Below, one piece after another: positions 38,555 to 52,851 of a stretch of DNA of 64,000 nucleotides. The DNA lies in NCBI GenBank assembly GCA_964016885.1, contig OZ024741.1:332320001-332384000 (forward strand), read 5' to 3'. Under the pieces are notes generated by a model. That model saw only the letters and a program-made list of their open reading frames with translations. It was not told where the DNA came from and did no database searches. The position numbers and the translations under genes are program-made. Source of the stretch: Eledone cirrhosa (Eukaryota). Within the stretch, counting starts at the first letter, position 1; every line of letters begins with the position of its first letter.

Positions 38555-38558
38555 GTAT

Positions 38559-38602
<44 letters not shown>

Positions 38603-38603
38603 G

Positions 38604-38644
<41 letters not shown>

Positions 38645-38724
38645 ATGTATGTATATATATATATTATATATATATATATATGTATATATATGTATGTATA
38701 TATATATATATATGTATATATATG

Positions 38725-38765
<41 letters not shown>

Positions 38766-38782
38766 GTATGTATATATATATG

Positions 38783-38827
<45 letters not shown>

Positions 38828-38895
38828 GTATGTATATATATATGTATGTATATATATATATATATGTATATATATGTATGTATATATATATGTAT

Positions 38896-38931
<36 letters not shown>

Positions 38932-38932
38932 G

Positions 38933-38975
<43 letters not shown>

Positions 38976-38995
38976 GTATGTATATATATATGTAT

Positions 38996-39031
<36 letters not shown>

Positions 39032-39051
39032 GTATGTATATATATATGTAT

Positions 39052-39087
<36 letters not shown>

Positions 39088-39098
39088 GTATGTATATA

Positions 39099-39136
<38 letters not shown>

Positions 39137-39149
39137 AATATATATGTAT

Positions 39150-39185
<36 letters not shown>

Positions 39186-39262
39186 GTATGTATATATGTA
39201 TGTATATATATATATATATGTATATATATGTATGTATATATATATATATATGTATATATATG

Positions 39263-39309
<47 letters not shown>

Positions 39310-39374
39310 GTATGTATATATATATATATATGTATATATATGTATGTATATATATATATGTATATATATGTATG

Positions 39375-39405
<31 letters not shown>

Positions 39406-39480
39406 GTATATATATGTATGTATATATATATATATATGTATATATATGTATGTATATATATATATGTATATATATGTATG

Positions 39481-39511
<31 letters not shown>

Positions 39512-39551
39512 GTATATATAGTATGTATATATATATGTATATATATGTATG

Positions 39552-39590
<39 letters not shown>

Positions 39591-39695
39591 TGTATATATA
39601 TGTATGTATATATATATATATATGTATATATATGTATGTATATATATATATGTATATATATGTATGTATATAATATATATATATATATATGTATG

Positions 39696-39728
<33 letters not shown>

Positions 39729-40391
39729 ATATATATATATATGTATATATATGTATGTATATATATATATATATGTATATATATGTATGTATATATATAT
39801 ATATATGTATATATATGTATGTATATATATATATATATGTATATATATGTATGTATATATATATATGTATATATATGTATGTATATATATATATGTATAT
39901 ATATGTATGTATATATATATAAATATATATGTATGTATTATATATATATGTATGTATATATATATATATATGTATATATATGTATGTATATATATATATA
40001 TATGTATATATATGTATGTATATATATATATATGTATATATATGTATGTATATATATATATATATGTATATATATGTATGTATATATATATGTATATATA
40101 TGTATGTATATATATATATGTATATATATGTATGTATATATATATAAATATATATGTATGTATATATATATATGTATGTATATATATATATGTATGTATA
40201 TATATATATGTATGTATATATATATATGTATGTATATATATATATATGTATGTATATATATATATATATATGTATGTATATATATATATGTATGTATATA
40301 TATATATATGTATATGTATGTATATATATATATATGTATGTATATATATATATATGTATGTATGTATATATATATATATATGTATGTATAT

Positions 40392-40422
<31 letters not shown>

Positions 40423-40457
40423 GTATGTATATATATATATATATATGTATATATATG

Positions 40458-40502
<45 letters not shown>

Positions 40503-40535
40503 GTATGTATATATATATATATATGTATATGTATG

Positions 40536-40566
<31 letters not shown>

Positions 40567-40571
40567 GTATG

Positions 40572-40634
<63 letters not shown>

Positions 40635-40635
40635 G

Positions 40636-40680
<45 letters not shown>

Positions 40681-40685
40681 GTATG

Positions 40686-40716
<31 letters not shown>

Positions 40717-40717
40717 G

Positions 40718-40758
<41 letters not shown>

Positions 40759-40763
40759 GTATG

Positions 40764-40794
<31 letters not shown>

Positions 40795-40819
40795 GTATGT
40801 ATATATATATATATATATA

Positions 40820-41065
40820 ACGAAGGAAATGTGGTCAAGAACCAGGTGGACCATAACGCACCAAAGTACTCAATACTTGAGGTAGTAGAGTGGGTAATAG
40901 GAACCAGTAAGACCCCCCATAACGCACCAAAGTACTCAATACTTGAGGTAGTAGAGTGGGTAATAGGAACCAGTAAGACCCCATAACGCACCAAAGTACT
41001 CAATACTTGAGGTAGTAGAGTGGGTAATAGGAACCAGTAAGACCCCCTGGGGTCTTACTGGTTCC

Positions 41066-41068
<3 letters not shown>
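40820..41068 (-). mobile_element. Second copy of the PLE tail island
   Basis: Near identical to 37110-37354, with a perfect 20-bp inverted repeat 41027-41046 / 41049-41068. Confidence 0.65.
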
Positions 41069-41096
<28 letters not shown>

Positions 41097-41126
41097 ATAT
41101 ATATTATATATATATGTATATATATG

Positions 41127-41239
<113 letters not shown>

Positions 41240-41259
41240 GTATGTATATATATATGTAT

Positions 41260-41295
<36 letters not shown>

Positions 41296-41300
41296 GTATG

Positions 41301-41333
<33 letters not shown>

Positions 41334-41354
41334 GTATGTATATATATATGTATG

Positions 41355-41387
<33 letters not shown>

Positions 41388-41388
41388 G

Positions 41389-41434
<46 letters not shown>

Positions 41435-41512
41435 TATATGTATGTATATATATATATATGTATATATATGTATGTATATATATATATATATGTATATATA
41501 TGTATATATATG

Positions 41513-41553
<41 letters not shown>

Positions 41554-41557
41554 GTAT

Positions 41558-41593
<36 letters not shown>

Positions 41594-41594
41594 G

Positions 41595-41643
<49 letters not shown>

Positions 41644-41644
41644 G

Positions 41645-41685
<41 letters not shown>

Positions 41686-41689
41686 GTAT

Positions 41690-41782
<93 letters not shown>

Positions 41783-41800
41783 TATATATGTATATATATG

Positions 41801-41843
<43 letters not shown>

Positions 41844-41844
41844 G

Positions 41845-41890
<46 letters not shown>

Positions 41891-41900
41891 TATATATATG

Positions 41901-41941
<41 letters not shown>

Positions 41942-41942
41942 G

Positions 41943-42035
<93 letters not shown>

Positions 42036-42036
42036 G

Positions 42037-42075
<39 letters not shown>

Positions 42076-42238
42076 ATGTATGTATATATATATGTATATA
42101 TATGTATATATATGTATATATATATGTATGTATATATTATATATATGTATTTTATATATATATGTATATATATGTATGTATATAATTAAATGTATATATA
42201 TGTATTATATATATATATATATATGTATATATATGTAT

Positions 42239-42280
<42 letters not shown>

Positions 42281-42281
42281 G

Positions 42282-42322
<41 letters not shown>

Positions 42323-42332
42323 ATGTATGTAT

Positions 42333-43056
42333 CATCATCATCATCATCATCATCAACGTTTAACGTCCGTGTTCCACGCTTGCATGGGTTTGGACGGGGG
42401 TAGTCCCACTTGAGGCAAGAGTGATTGTCTTGCTCGCATAGGACTGTCTGGCAGGTTTTCTACAGTTGGATGCCCTTCCTAACACCAACCACATTTACAG
42501 TGTGGGTCTGGGAGGTTTTTACCGTGTTGCCTACACGGCCACATTACAGCGTGGACTGTGTGTTTTTTTGTCGTGACACCTACACGATCTCATTTGTTTC
42601 GGCCTGGATGGCGCGGCACCAACATAACTTTACATAGAACGGGGTGGTGTGGATGGGGTGGGGGTGGCGGCGGGAGGGGTGTATTTTGTTAGAGATGCCT
42701 ACTGGCAAGGCGGGTCTTCTCTGTTACTGAGTACCGCCAAAGGTCACGGTCCAGTGACATTGTCTTGGAAAGGTGTAAGTGTGTGAGGTCGGAGTTTATC
42801 AGCTCATCCATGTTTTTCTAGGTCTGCCTATTCCGTGGCTACCGTCTATCTTTATTGCCCTGCACTTTGTAATACAGCTATCGACTTTCATGCGCATCAC
42901 GTGTCCATACCAACGCAGCCTTCTCTCGAGTAAACAACATCTGATCCCTCTTATCTCTAATTTTTTCCTTAGTTCGTTTATGCTTTGCCGTTCACGTATA
43001 TTACTGTTACACATCCAGCGGAGCATGCAAGCTTCGTTCCTCTCTAGTCTGCGTAT
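42333..43056 (-). mobile_element. RTE LINE 3' portion running into the assembly gap
   Basis: [25 protein letters not shown], 3' UTR and (TGA)n tail. Confidence 0.9.
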
Positions 43057-43256
43057 NNNNNNNNNNNNNNNNNNNNNNNNNNNNNNNNNNNNNNNNNNNN
43101 NNNNNNNNNNNNNNNNNNNNNNNNNNNNNNNNNNNNNNNNNNNNNNNNNNNNNNNNNNNNNNNNNNNNNNNNNNNNNNNNNNNNNNNNNNNNNNNNNNNN
43201 NNNNNNNNNNNNNNNNNNNNNNNNNNNNNNNNNNNNNNNNNNNNNNNNNNNNNNNN
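43057..43256. other. Assembly gap (200 N)
   Basis: Run of N. Confidence 1.
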
Positions 43257-43582
43257 AGATTGGTTGTCTTGCTCGTATAGGACTGTCTGGCGGGTTTTCT
43301 ACGGCTGGATGCCCTTCCTAACACCAACCACGTTTACAGTGTGGACTGGAGGTTTTTACCGTGTTACCTACATGGCCACATTACAGCGTGGACTGTGTGT
43401 TTTTTTGTTGTGACACCAACACGACCTCATTTGTTTCGGGCTGGATGTTGTGGTACCAACATAACTTTACATTGAAAGGGGTGGTGTGGATGGGGTGGGG
43501 GTAGTGGGACGGGGTGTATTTTTGTTAAGAGGTGCCTACTGACTGTCGGTTTCACTTTGTACTTAGGCAAGGCGGGTCTTCT
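43257..43582 (-). mobile_element. RTE LINE 3' UTR fragment
   Basis: GGCTGGATGCCCTTCCTAACACCAACCAC..GGCAAGGCGGGTCTTCT. Confidence 0.85.
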
Positions 43583-43584
43583 AG

Positions 43585-43629
<45 letters not shown>

Positions 43630-43694
43630 CATTATAAAGAAAGAAGAAACATTAGATATAAATAAAAAGATATAATATACCTAAATTTCTTCAT

Positions 43695-43790
43695 TATCCT
43701 CGACTAGGTAGTTTCGTGGCTATTATGCAAAAATATTACATCATAGAGATGCAGTATTTTTGTGAGGTTTGCCGACTTATCAAGAGGATA
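43695..43790 (-). ncRNA. Hammerhead ribozyme with U3-A8 core variant and extended stem II, within an insertion at 43626-44068
   Basis: Minus strand: TATCCTC-TTGATAA-GTCGGC..CAAAAATACTGCATC/GATGTAATATTTTTG..GCCAC-GAAA-CTA(CC)TAG-TC-GAGGATA. Confidence 0.75.
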
Positions 43791-44070
43791 CCTCATTTAG
43801 AGTTTCAAAACACGTCCGTAGGATGCGAGATAGAATCCCGAAAGGGAGAGGGGGAACTTATCACGCGATACAGCAGTCAAGAAACAGTGCTAAGCCTCTT
43901 ACAACCAAGAGAAAAATATCACAAAAGGCGGAGGGGGTATTTATGTCAAGGCCGTAGAAGAGTTGTCTGTGTATTTCTTTGTAACCACTGAACTATAGTG
44001 ACTGCTGTTAAGCTTACACTAATCACACTTCTCACCCTCCAAGCCAACTCTTCTACGGCCTTGACATATA

Positions 44071-47000
44071 TCATCATCATCATCATCATCATCAGGTTTA
44101 GCGTCCGTGTTCCACGCTTGCATGGGTTTGGACGGGGGTTTTCCCACTTGAGGCAAGAGTGGTTGTCTTGCTCGCATAGGACTGTCTGGCGGGTTTTCTA
44201 CAGCTGGATGCCCTTCCTAACACCAACCACATTTACAGTGTGGGGCTGGGAGGTTTTTACCGTGTTGCCTACACGGCCACATTACAGCGTGGACTGTCTG
44301 GCTGGTTTTCTACAGCTGGATGCCCTTCCTAACACCAACCACATTTACAGTGTGGGGCTGGGAGGTTTTTACCGTGTTGCCTACATGGCCACATTACAGC
44401 GTGGACTGTGTGTTTTTTTTGTCGTGACACCTACACGATCTCATTTGTTTCGGCCTGGATGTTGTGGCACCACATAACTTTACATTGAAAGGGGCGGTGT
44501 GGATGGGGTGGAGGTGGTGGGACGGGGGGGGGGGGGGGGTGTTTTGATAGAGATGCCTACTGACTGTAGTAGGTTTTTACTTTGTATTTAGGTAAGGCGG
44601 GTCTTCTCTATTACTGAGTACCGCCAAAGGTCTCGGTCCAGTGACATTGTCTTGGAGAGGTGTAAGCGTGTGAGGTCGGAATTTATCAGCTCGTCCCATG
44701 TTTTTCTGGGTCTGCCTACTCCGTGGCTACCGTCTATCTTTATTGCCCTGCACTTTGTTATACAGCTGTCGTCTTTCATGCGCATCACGTGACCGTACCA
44801 ACGTAGCCTTCTCTCGAGTAAACAACATCTGATCCCTCTTATTTCTAATTTTTTCCTTAGTTCGTTTATGCTTTTGCCGTTCACGTATATTACTATTGCA
44901 CATCCAGCGGAGCATACAAGCTTCGTTCCTCTCTAGTCTGCGTATATCCTCTGCACACAATGCCCAGGTCTCACTGCCATGCAGCATTGCTGTTCGTATG
45001 CAGGCATCGTATAACCTGCCTTTCATTTTTAGGGAGAACCCTCTAGCGGCTAATAGTGGTATAAGCTCTCTGAACTTTTTCCATCCAGTTCTGACTCTAG
45101 CTACTGTACTTTCAGAACACCCTCCCCCACTGCTGATTTTGTCACCCAGGTAACGGAAGCTGTCCACTATTTCTATAGAACCCTCTGCGCAGTTGAAGGA
45201 GCTAGTATTTTGTGGGCACTTGCTGCTACTTATTACACCAGAGCACCGGCCACATGTAAAATCTATGTTCTTAGTTAGCTTACCTGTGATCCCACTACAT
45301 CTTTTATGCACCCATACTTTGCATTTGGGACATAAAATGGAGTTTCTACCTACGCCTTTCCTACACACTGAGCATGGCCATTTCCCAGATGGGACTGCCG
45401 CCATATTTTCTTTCCTACAAACTAGAACTTTTGTCTTAGCCAGGTTAATTTTAAGGCCTTTTGATTCTAGGCCATGCTTCCATGTTTGGAATTTCTTCTC
45501 TAGTTCGGTCATTGATTCAGCTATGAGCGTTAGATCATTTGCGTATAGGAGTTCCCATGGGCAGCCGGTCTTGAACTCCTCTGTTATAGCCTGAAGGGCA
45601 ATAATAAATAGTAGGGGGCTAAGAACAGAGCCCTGATGGACACCAACTTTTACGCTAAACTCTTCACTATATTCGTTGTTAATTCTAACCTTACTGACTG
45701 TTTCTTTATACATGGCTTGTATAGCTCTCACAAGCCATTCGTCAACACCTAGTTTTCTAAGAGACCACCAGATAATGGAACGGGGGACTCTGTCGAAGGC
45801 TTTCTCCAAGTCGACGAAAGCTAAGTATAGGGGTTTACTTTTAGCTAGGTACTTCTCCTGTAGTTGTCGTACAATGAAAAGAGCGTCTGTGGTACTTTTG
45901 CCTGACACAAATCCGAACTGCATTTCATCTAGATCAATTCTCTCTTTGATTAGTTGCGCTATTACTTTTTCCGTGACCTTCATGACCTGGTCGATTAATT
46001 TAATGCCTCTATAGTTACTCCTATCTAGGGCATCTCCTTTTCCCTTATAGCAGTTAACGATGATGCTGCTACGCCAGTCCTTCGGAACAACCCCATTCTG
46101 TACGACTTGGTTAACTATCCGGGTGACCATGGTGTGTCCCACCGAACCAGATGCCTTCAGCATCTCAGCAACTATTTCCGAAGGACCAGCCGCCTTACCC
46201 GTCTTCATATCTTTGATTGCCTTACTTATTATACTACCTTTGACTAACACTGCCGGTCCCTCTATTGGGTCGATGTGGGGGAGACTGTCTTTCTCCCATT
46301 TGTTCTCCTAATTTAGAAGCCTTTCGTAGTGACAATTCCAAGCTACCTTCTTATCAGCGTCGGTGATGGCAAGTATGCCATCATCGTTAAGCACACACTT
46401 CTCCCCGACAATATCACGGTTTTCCTTGACACATTGCCTGGCAATCCTGAACACCTCACGTTTTTGGTCCTCACGTTGTAGAACATGCTTGAACTTTCTT
46501 TCCTCTGCTTCCCTTCTTGCGAAGTACACTTGTCTCCTAGCTTCCCTCCTGGCTACCTGATAGTCTTCTCTACTTCCCCCATCCCGCCATGCTTTCCAAG
46601 CCTGCTTTTTGGCCTTAATTGACTCCTCCACCTTACTGTTCCACCACCATGTTACTCTCCTCCTACCTACAGGCCTGCTCCAGCCACAGACTTCGTCTGC
46701 CGCCGTCAGCAGGTTTGCTCTCAGGAATTCCCACTGTTCCTCTATATTATACGACTCTAATTGCTCTTCCTTACTGTCGAAAGCGTCAAGTAATATGCTT
46801 TGAAATTTATTTCTGGCTATGGGGTCCTTTAGCTTCCATATTTTTCTCCTGAGGATAGTCCTCTTCCGCTGTCTAGTACGTCTCGTCCTGACTATGAGGT
46901 CACTAATTATCAGTCTATGTTGGGAGGTGAATTCTTCATGGGGGAGGGATTTAGTGTTAACAACAGACACTCTGTCACGTCTTCTGGTAAGGATATAATC

Positions 47001-47629
47001 TACCTGGCTTGTGTGTTCCCCCGATCTATAGGTGATCAAGTGATTGTCTCGTTTTTTGAAGTTAGTGTTACAGATAGTTAAGTTATTTGCGTCGCAGAAT
47101 TCCAGGATTCTGGAGCCTTCCTCATTTCTAGTACCGAACCCATAGCCTCCATGGATTCCGTCATAGCCGTCACAATGCTGTCCAACGTGACCATTTAGGT
47201 CGCCTGCAATAACTATATAGTCACTGTCGGTTATTTGGGAGGTAGCGAGCATCAGTGTCTCGTAGAATCTGTCTTTTATAGCACCGGGCAGTCCGGATTG
47301 TGGTGCGTACGCAGATATTACTGTCACCGTAGTTTTATTGAGGACAAGTCTTATTTTAATTATTCTGTCGTTCACTCTATTTACGTCTATTATCTTATCT
47401 GCCCACTTTTCTGCTACCATGATTCCTACCCCACCCAACCCATTGTCATTTCCCACCCAGAAAAGCTTATAGCAACGTTCTTTACCCACGATGAATCTAG
47501 CCGACCCTCCCCTCCACCTGGTCTCTTGAATACAACAAACATCGACCTCCTTACGTTCAAGCATTTCTACAACCTCGTTAGAGCGACCCTTTAAGGTGCC
47601 TACATTCATGGTACCAACTCTGAAGTTTT

Positions 47630-47632
<3 letters not shown>
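44071..47632 (-). mobile_element. Near full-length RTE LINE (APE endonuclease, RT, PHD-like finger), inactivated
   Basis: TMNVGTL, CIQETRW, SAYAPQ, GDLNGHVG, VDYIL, SQHRL, then RT motifs. In-frame TAG at 46308-46310, YADD changed to YAND, and a 1-nt frameshift near 44874. ~112-bp duplication in the 3' UTR and a (TGA)n tail. Confidence 0.95.
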
Positions 47633-47665
<33 letters not shown>

Positions 47666-48388
47666 AGAGAACAAGAGAGAGAGAGACATAGATATTGATA
47701 TGGATTATATGTATAAAGTAATAAAATATACATGCTGTAAAGTGGTTGGTGTTAGGAAGGGCATCAAGCCATAGAAAGCTTGCCAAACAAAAGGTTGGAA
47801 GGACACTTCAGTTAGTGTCAAAAGACATGATATCTCCCCTGCACTCGATATGACCTTCCATAAGCAGGCTTCAATACTGACATGATCTATGTAAACCTGT
47901 CTAACCCTTATTAGAAATGAAAGCAGATGTTAAATGATTATAATGATGATGATGATATATAAAGGTTGCAACAATTAAGCAGCAGATAATATGTATAAGT
48001 CATTTTGAATAATCTCCCTTTATTGTTTTGGAGCAAGAAAACCATGGGTGACAGAGAAATTTGAAAAGCACATTAGATTCAACATAAAAAAACATATGTT
48101 ATCTCCTGAGCCCCAGCCTAACCTAATTGTGCCACTGTTTTAAATGTTTATCATGACTGAAGGTGAATGTGTATGGCCTAGTGTTGAACTCATGATTATA
48201 TGAGGATGGGTTCAATTCCTGGATAAGGTGGCATTTTGTGTTCTAGGGCAAGATTTCATTTCACACTAAGACAGGTGTCTCTATCATTAAAACATTCAAG
48301 AAATCTCCTTTGATGCAACTTCATATGAGGCCAGCTAAATTTTCATGTGTAAGATGTAAATTTCATTTTATATATATATATATATATA

Positions 48389-48540
48389 CGTGGTTGGTGT
48401 TAGGAAGGGCATCCAGCCGTAGAAAACCCGCCAGACAGTCCTATACGAGCAAGACAACCAATCTTGCTTCAAGTGGAAAAATTCCCGTCCAAACCTATGC
48501 AAGCATGGAAGATGGATGTTAAACGATGATGATGATGATA
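48389..48540 (+). mobile_element. RTE 3' end fragment in (TA)n
   Basis: GTTAGGAAGGGCATCCAGCC..GTTAAAC(GAT)n. Confidence 0.8.
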
Positions 48541-49677
48541 TATATATATATATATTGTAGATAATAGCATCGAACCTTTCGTTACCATATTTCTAACAAA
48601 AGGAACTGCCTATGATTGTCTAAACATTTTGAAAATAAGTAATAATTTGCAGACATCATTATCATCATCAACGTCTGCTTCCCCTGCTCGTAATAGTTGG
48701 ATGGGTTGTCTGTAGACCAGGTCGGTACTCAACTAGAGGTACTGACACCACAAATAGGCCAGGAACTTGCATCTTGTTTATGTTTCTGCCCTCTACCCTG
48801 TGCAAAATCAGGCTTGTGGTCTGAAACTTGCTTATATATGGTCGCATGCACTACTGAGTACATTTTTATCATTACATGACATATGCAGTATTCTCCCTAC
48901 CCTTTGTTTGGCAGGTTTTCTCTGGATAAATGCTCTTCCTATCACCAACTGCTTCACAGGAGTGTACAGGGTCATTTTTTTATCTAGTAGATCACCATAT
49001 CCCCCTCATATCAATAATGTAGATATATCTATATTATATTAATATTGCAGATGTATATTATATCTATAAGGGAGATTATTGATATTATATCAATATTGTC
49101 AACACATCCACCTTACATCACTGTTACTGTTATATCTATATAATATCTATATTGAAGATATATCTATATTATTTCAATATTGCAGATAGATCTATACTAT
49201 TTCAATATTGCAGACACATCCATATAATTTCAACAATAGTGACATATCATGTTTATATTAAACTTTATATATTTATATACATATATAGGACACACTATTG
49301 TAGAAATATCTGTATTATATCAATATTTACAATGATAATTGCTAATTTTGGACCAAGGCAAATATGGAGAAAATCAATTGTGTGAACCCTAGTACACTGC
49401 TGGTATTATATTTTATCAATTCTGGAAATATTAAATGTATCGTTGACTTTCAAGAGATTTGAACAGGGCACGAGAAGAGCTGGAATAATTACCACAAGTT
49501 ATTTTTTCCAATGCTCACCTGATTCTGCCATTCAAAATAAGAAACCATACACACATGCACACACTAACGCATGCATGCACATATGGGCATATATACATGT
49601 GTATATGTGTGTGTATATATATAAGCACATACACATATACATGCACACACTCATATATTAATATATATATATATATA

Positions 49678-50048
49678 CTAGTCAGTAGGCATCTCTAACA
49701 AAATACACCCCCGTCCCACCCCATCCACACCGCCCCCTTCAATGCAAAGTTATGTTGGTGCCACAACATCCAGGCCGAAACAAACGAGATCGTGTAGGTG
49801 TCACGACAAAAAAACACACAGTCCACGCTGTAATGTGGCCGTGTAGGCAACACAGTAAAAACCTCCCAGTCCCACACTGTAAATGTGGTTGGTGTTAGGA
49901 AGGGCATCCAGCTGTAGAAAACCCACCAGACAGTCCTATGCGAGCAAGACAACCACTCTTGCCTCAAGTGGGAAAACCTCCATCCAAACCCATGCAAGCG
50001 TGGAACAGGGACGTTAAACGATGATGATGATGATGATGATGATGATGA
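49678..50048 (+). mobile_element. RTE 3' UTR fragment
   Basis: Reverse complement of ~44071-44570, with a (GAT)n tail. Confidence 0.88.
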
Positions 50049-50195
50049 TATACACACACACACACATTTATACATACATATATACGTATGCATAGAAATA
50101 AATATAAATACATAATATACATTTAAACATATATATATAAATTTAGACATGTATACATGCATATGTATGTATACACACATATATATATATATACT

Positions 50196-50274
<79 letters not shown>

Positions 50275-50569
50275 GTGATGATGATGATTGCAATGAAATA
50301 TATAATAAATATATCAATAATACTGTTTGATGCCAATTTTATCTAAGATATATTACATATTATTTTCCTTTCATGAAGTCTCCCTGGACATTCCTGTGAT
50401 AAACAATTAATCTGTGATAATCCAAAATATCAAATATCTGCATAAAACGAAGATAAAAGATTTAGCTGCCCAACCACGAACAGACGCAATGCAACAAAAC
50501 AACAAAACACACCAAAAATTTTACTTTAGAAAAATTTATATAAAATTACTAAAAACCTAAAAAAAGTCA

Positions 50570-50618
<49 letters not shown>

Positions 50619-50912
50619 TTATGTATTTATATGTTTGTTTATTTATATTGAAAAATACCTTACGAATGAAAACTATAGATTTTGATACAAATCATCTTTC
50701 TCCTCTCTTTCTCTCTATCTTATATTGTCATACTTAGTGTATGTGTGTGTATGTATGTGTGGTGTGCATATATATACGTGTGTGTATATATAGATATCTA
50801 TATGTATATATACATATTTGTCTATATATAGATATGTATGTATATATATATATATATGTATATATATAGAGAGAGAGAGATATGTATATATATATGTGTA
50901 TGTATGTATGTA

Positions 50913-50958
<46 letters not shown>

Positions 50959-50960
<2 letters not shown>

Positions 50961-51317
50961 GTAGGAGGTGAGTTTTATTGTAGTACAATAAAGCAATGCA
51001 GATATCGGATAAGAAGCACTCTACAGTTTGTAGGACTGGAGTATACATAATATATAAGAACAAAAGATGGTTAAAGGAGTTCCATGTATTTTATTATGCG
51101 CATTTCAAAAACAAACATCATCATGCAATACTATTTGTGTTTTCATCAGATAAAACAGGAGGACATGATATGAAGGCTAAAAAAAAGTGTTTTTTAGCCT
51201 TCATATCATGTCCTCCTGTTTTATCTGATGAAAACACAAATATTATTGCATGATGATGTTTGTTTTTGAAATGCGCATAATAAAATACTTGGAACTCCTT
51301 TAACCATCTTTTGTTCT

Positions 51318-51327
<10 letters not shown>
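50959..51327. mobile_element. Head-to-head PLE relic (138-bp arms, ~88-nt tail)
   Basis: Inverted repeat 51047-51184 / 51190-51327, tail at 50959-51046 and (TA)n on both sides. Confidence 0.8.
51218..51286 (+). ncRNA. Minimal type I hammerhead ribozyme with palindromic stem III (mirror copy on minus strand at 51088-51156)
   Basis: GTTTTAT-CTGATGA-AAACACAAATATTATT(GCAT)GATGATGTTTGTTTTT-GAAA-TGCGCA-TA-ATAAAAT. Confidence 0.8.
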
Positions 51328-51358
<31 letters not shown>

Positions 51359-51562
51359 CATATGTGTGTATATATATAAAGAGATATGTATATATATGTA
51401 TGCATGTGTATATGTATGTATATGTATTGTATGTATACATGTGTATATATATATATCTTCTCTCCAAGTGTGAACACAGCAGATTTCTTCCAGAGAAGGA
51501 TACAGAATGAGAGAAAGGATGTGATAAAGAAACATAGAAGAAAAATTCTTCCACAGTACATG

Positions 51563-51700
51563 ACTGGTACTTTTTTTCAACCTCGAAATGATGACAGGCA
51601 AAGTTAACCTGGACTGGGTTTGAACTCAGAGAGCAGAGCGAGACAGAATGAATACTAAAGAGCAATCTATCCAAGGTTCTAACAACTCTGCCAATTCACC
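51563..51700 (-). mobile_element. tRNA-derived SINE
   Basis: Minus-strand GAGTTCAAACCC B-box and TTGGCAGAGTTGTTAG A-box region. Confidence 0.65.
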
Positions 51701-52230
51701 AACTCACAAAGACCTTCTCATTTATTAACAATTTAATATTGACATCAACAATGTCATCCAACTGCAGAAGTCTGCCTCAGAAAGTTTCATCCAGCCCAGG
51801 ACAACATGGAAAAATGCATGTATGTATGGAAAAGATCATCAAGGTCCCAGACCTCATTCTCTTGCCGAGTGGGGTGGAACTCATCAAATCAAACCAAGGA
51901 AACAATGTTTCCATTGGTCTTTCCATTGTTGATATTATCTATCAGTTGCGACTCCTGGCAGATAATAATTGTAAAACAGAATTTTGTAATTGTTTCTAAT
52001 TTAGGCCCAAGGCCAGCAGTTTTGGGGCAAGTGGCAAGTCGATTACACCAATATCAGTACTTTATTGGTACTTTATTTTAAAGACCTTTGGAGAATGCAA
52101 ATCAAAGTTGAGCTCAGCAGGATTTGAACTCATAACATAGAGAGCTGGAATGTTAAGCTGGAAAACATGTATACTATATCTCAGTACAATTGAAAATATT
52201 TTGTCAATTTCCTATAAAGTTGGTAATTAA

Positions 52231-52448
52231 CCCTTTTGATACCAACTTGACCAGAACCAGGTCTGGTTCTATGAAATAAAAACCACCCATTTTAAATTAA
52301 AATCTTCCAACACAATTTTATATCAGAACCATATGTGAGGTTACTATCTTAGAAATGAAATAATGAATACTTTTAGTAGATCCCTCAAAATCCTTCATTA
52401 ATTAATTGAATTAGAATGTATTCCATTAGAAATACTGTCATGAAAGGG
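52231..52448. mobile_element. piggyBac-like MITE
   Basis: TTAA|CCCTTTTGATAC ... GTCATGAAAGGG|TTAA, similar in size to 14359-14569. Confidence 0.65.
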
Positions 52449-52528
52449 TTAATACAATCCTGTATGTGACCTTGAAATTATCTCAGAAGAAGGTTTAAAA
52501 TCCAGTATCCGGCCTGTATATATATATG

Positions 52529-52573
<45 letters not shown>

Positions 52574-52660
52574 TGTTATATTTGATGAGGGTCATATTGT
52601 TATAATATTGCCAGAAATAATAAAAAAACATGTTAACTGTTTGGTTTGGATTGGTTTTTG

Positions 52661-52757
<97 letters not shown>

Positions 52758-52851
52758 GATGTCCCAAAAAATGCATACACTCATCAACAGCATTCTAATA
52801 AATATTGCTTGTATAGGTAATTAGAGTGTGTGACAAAATAACTAATGTCGT

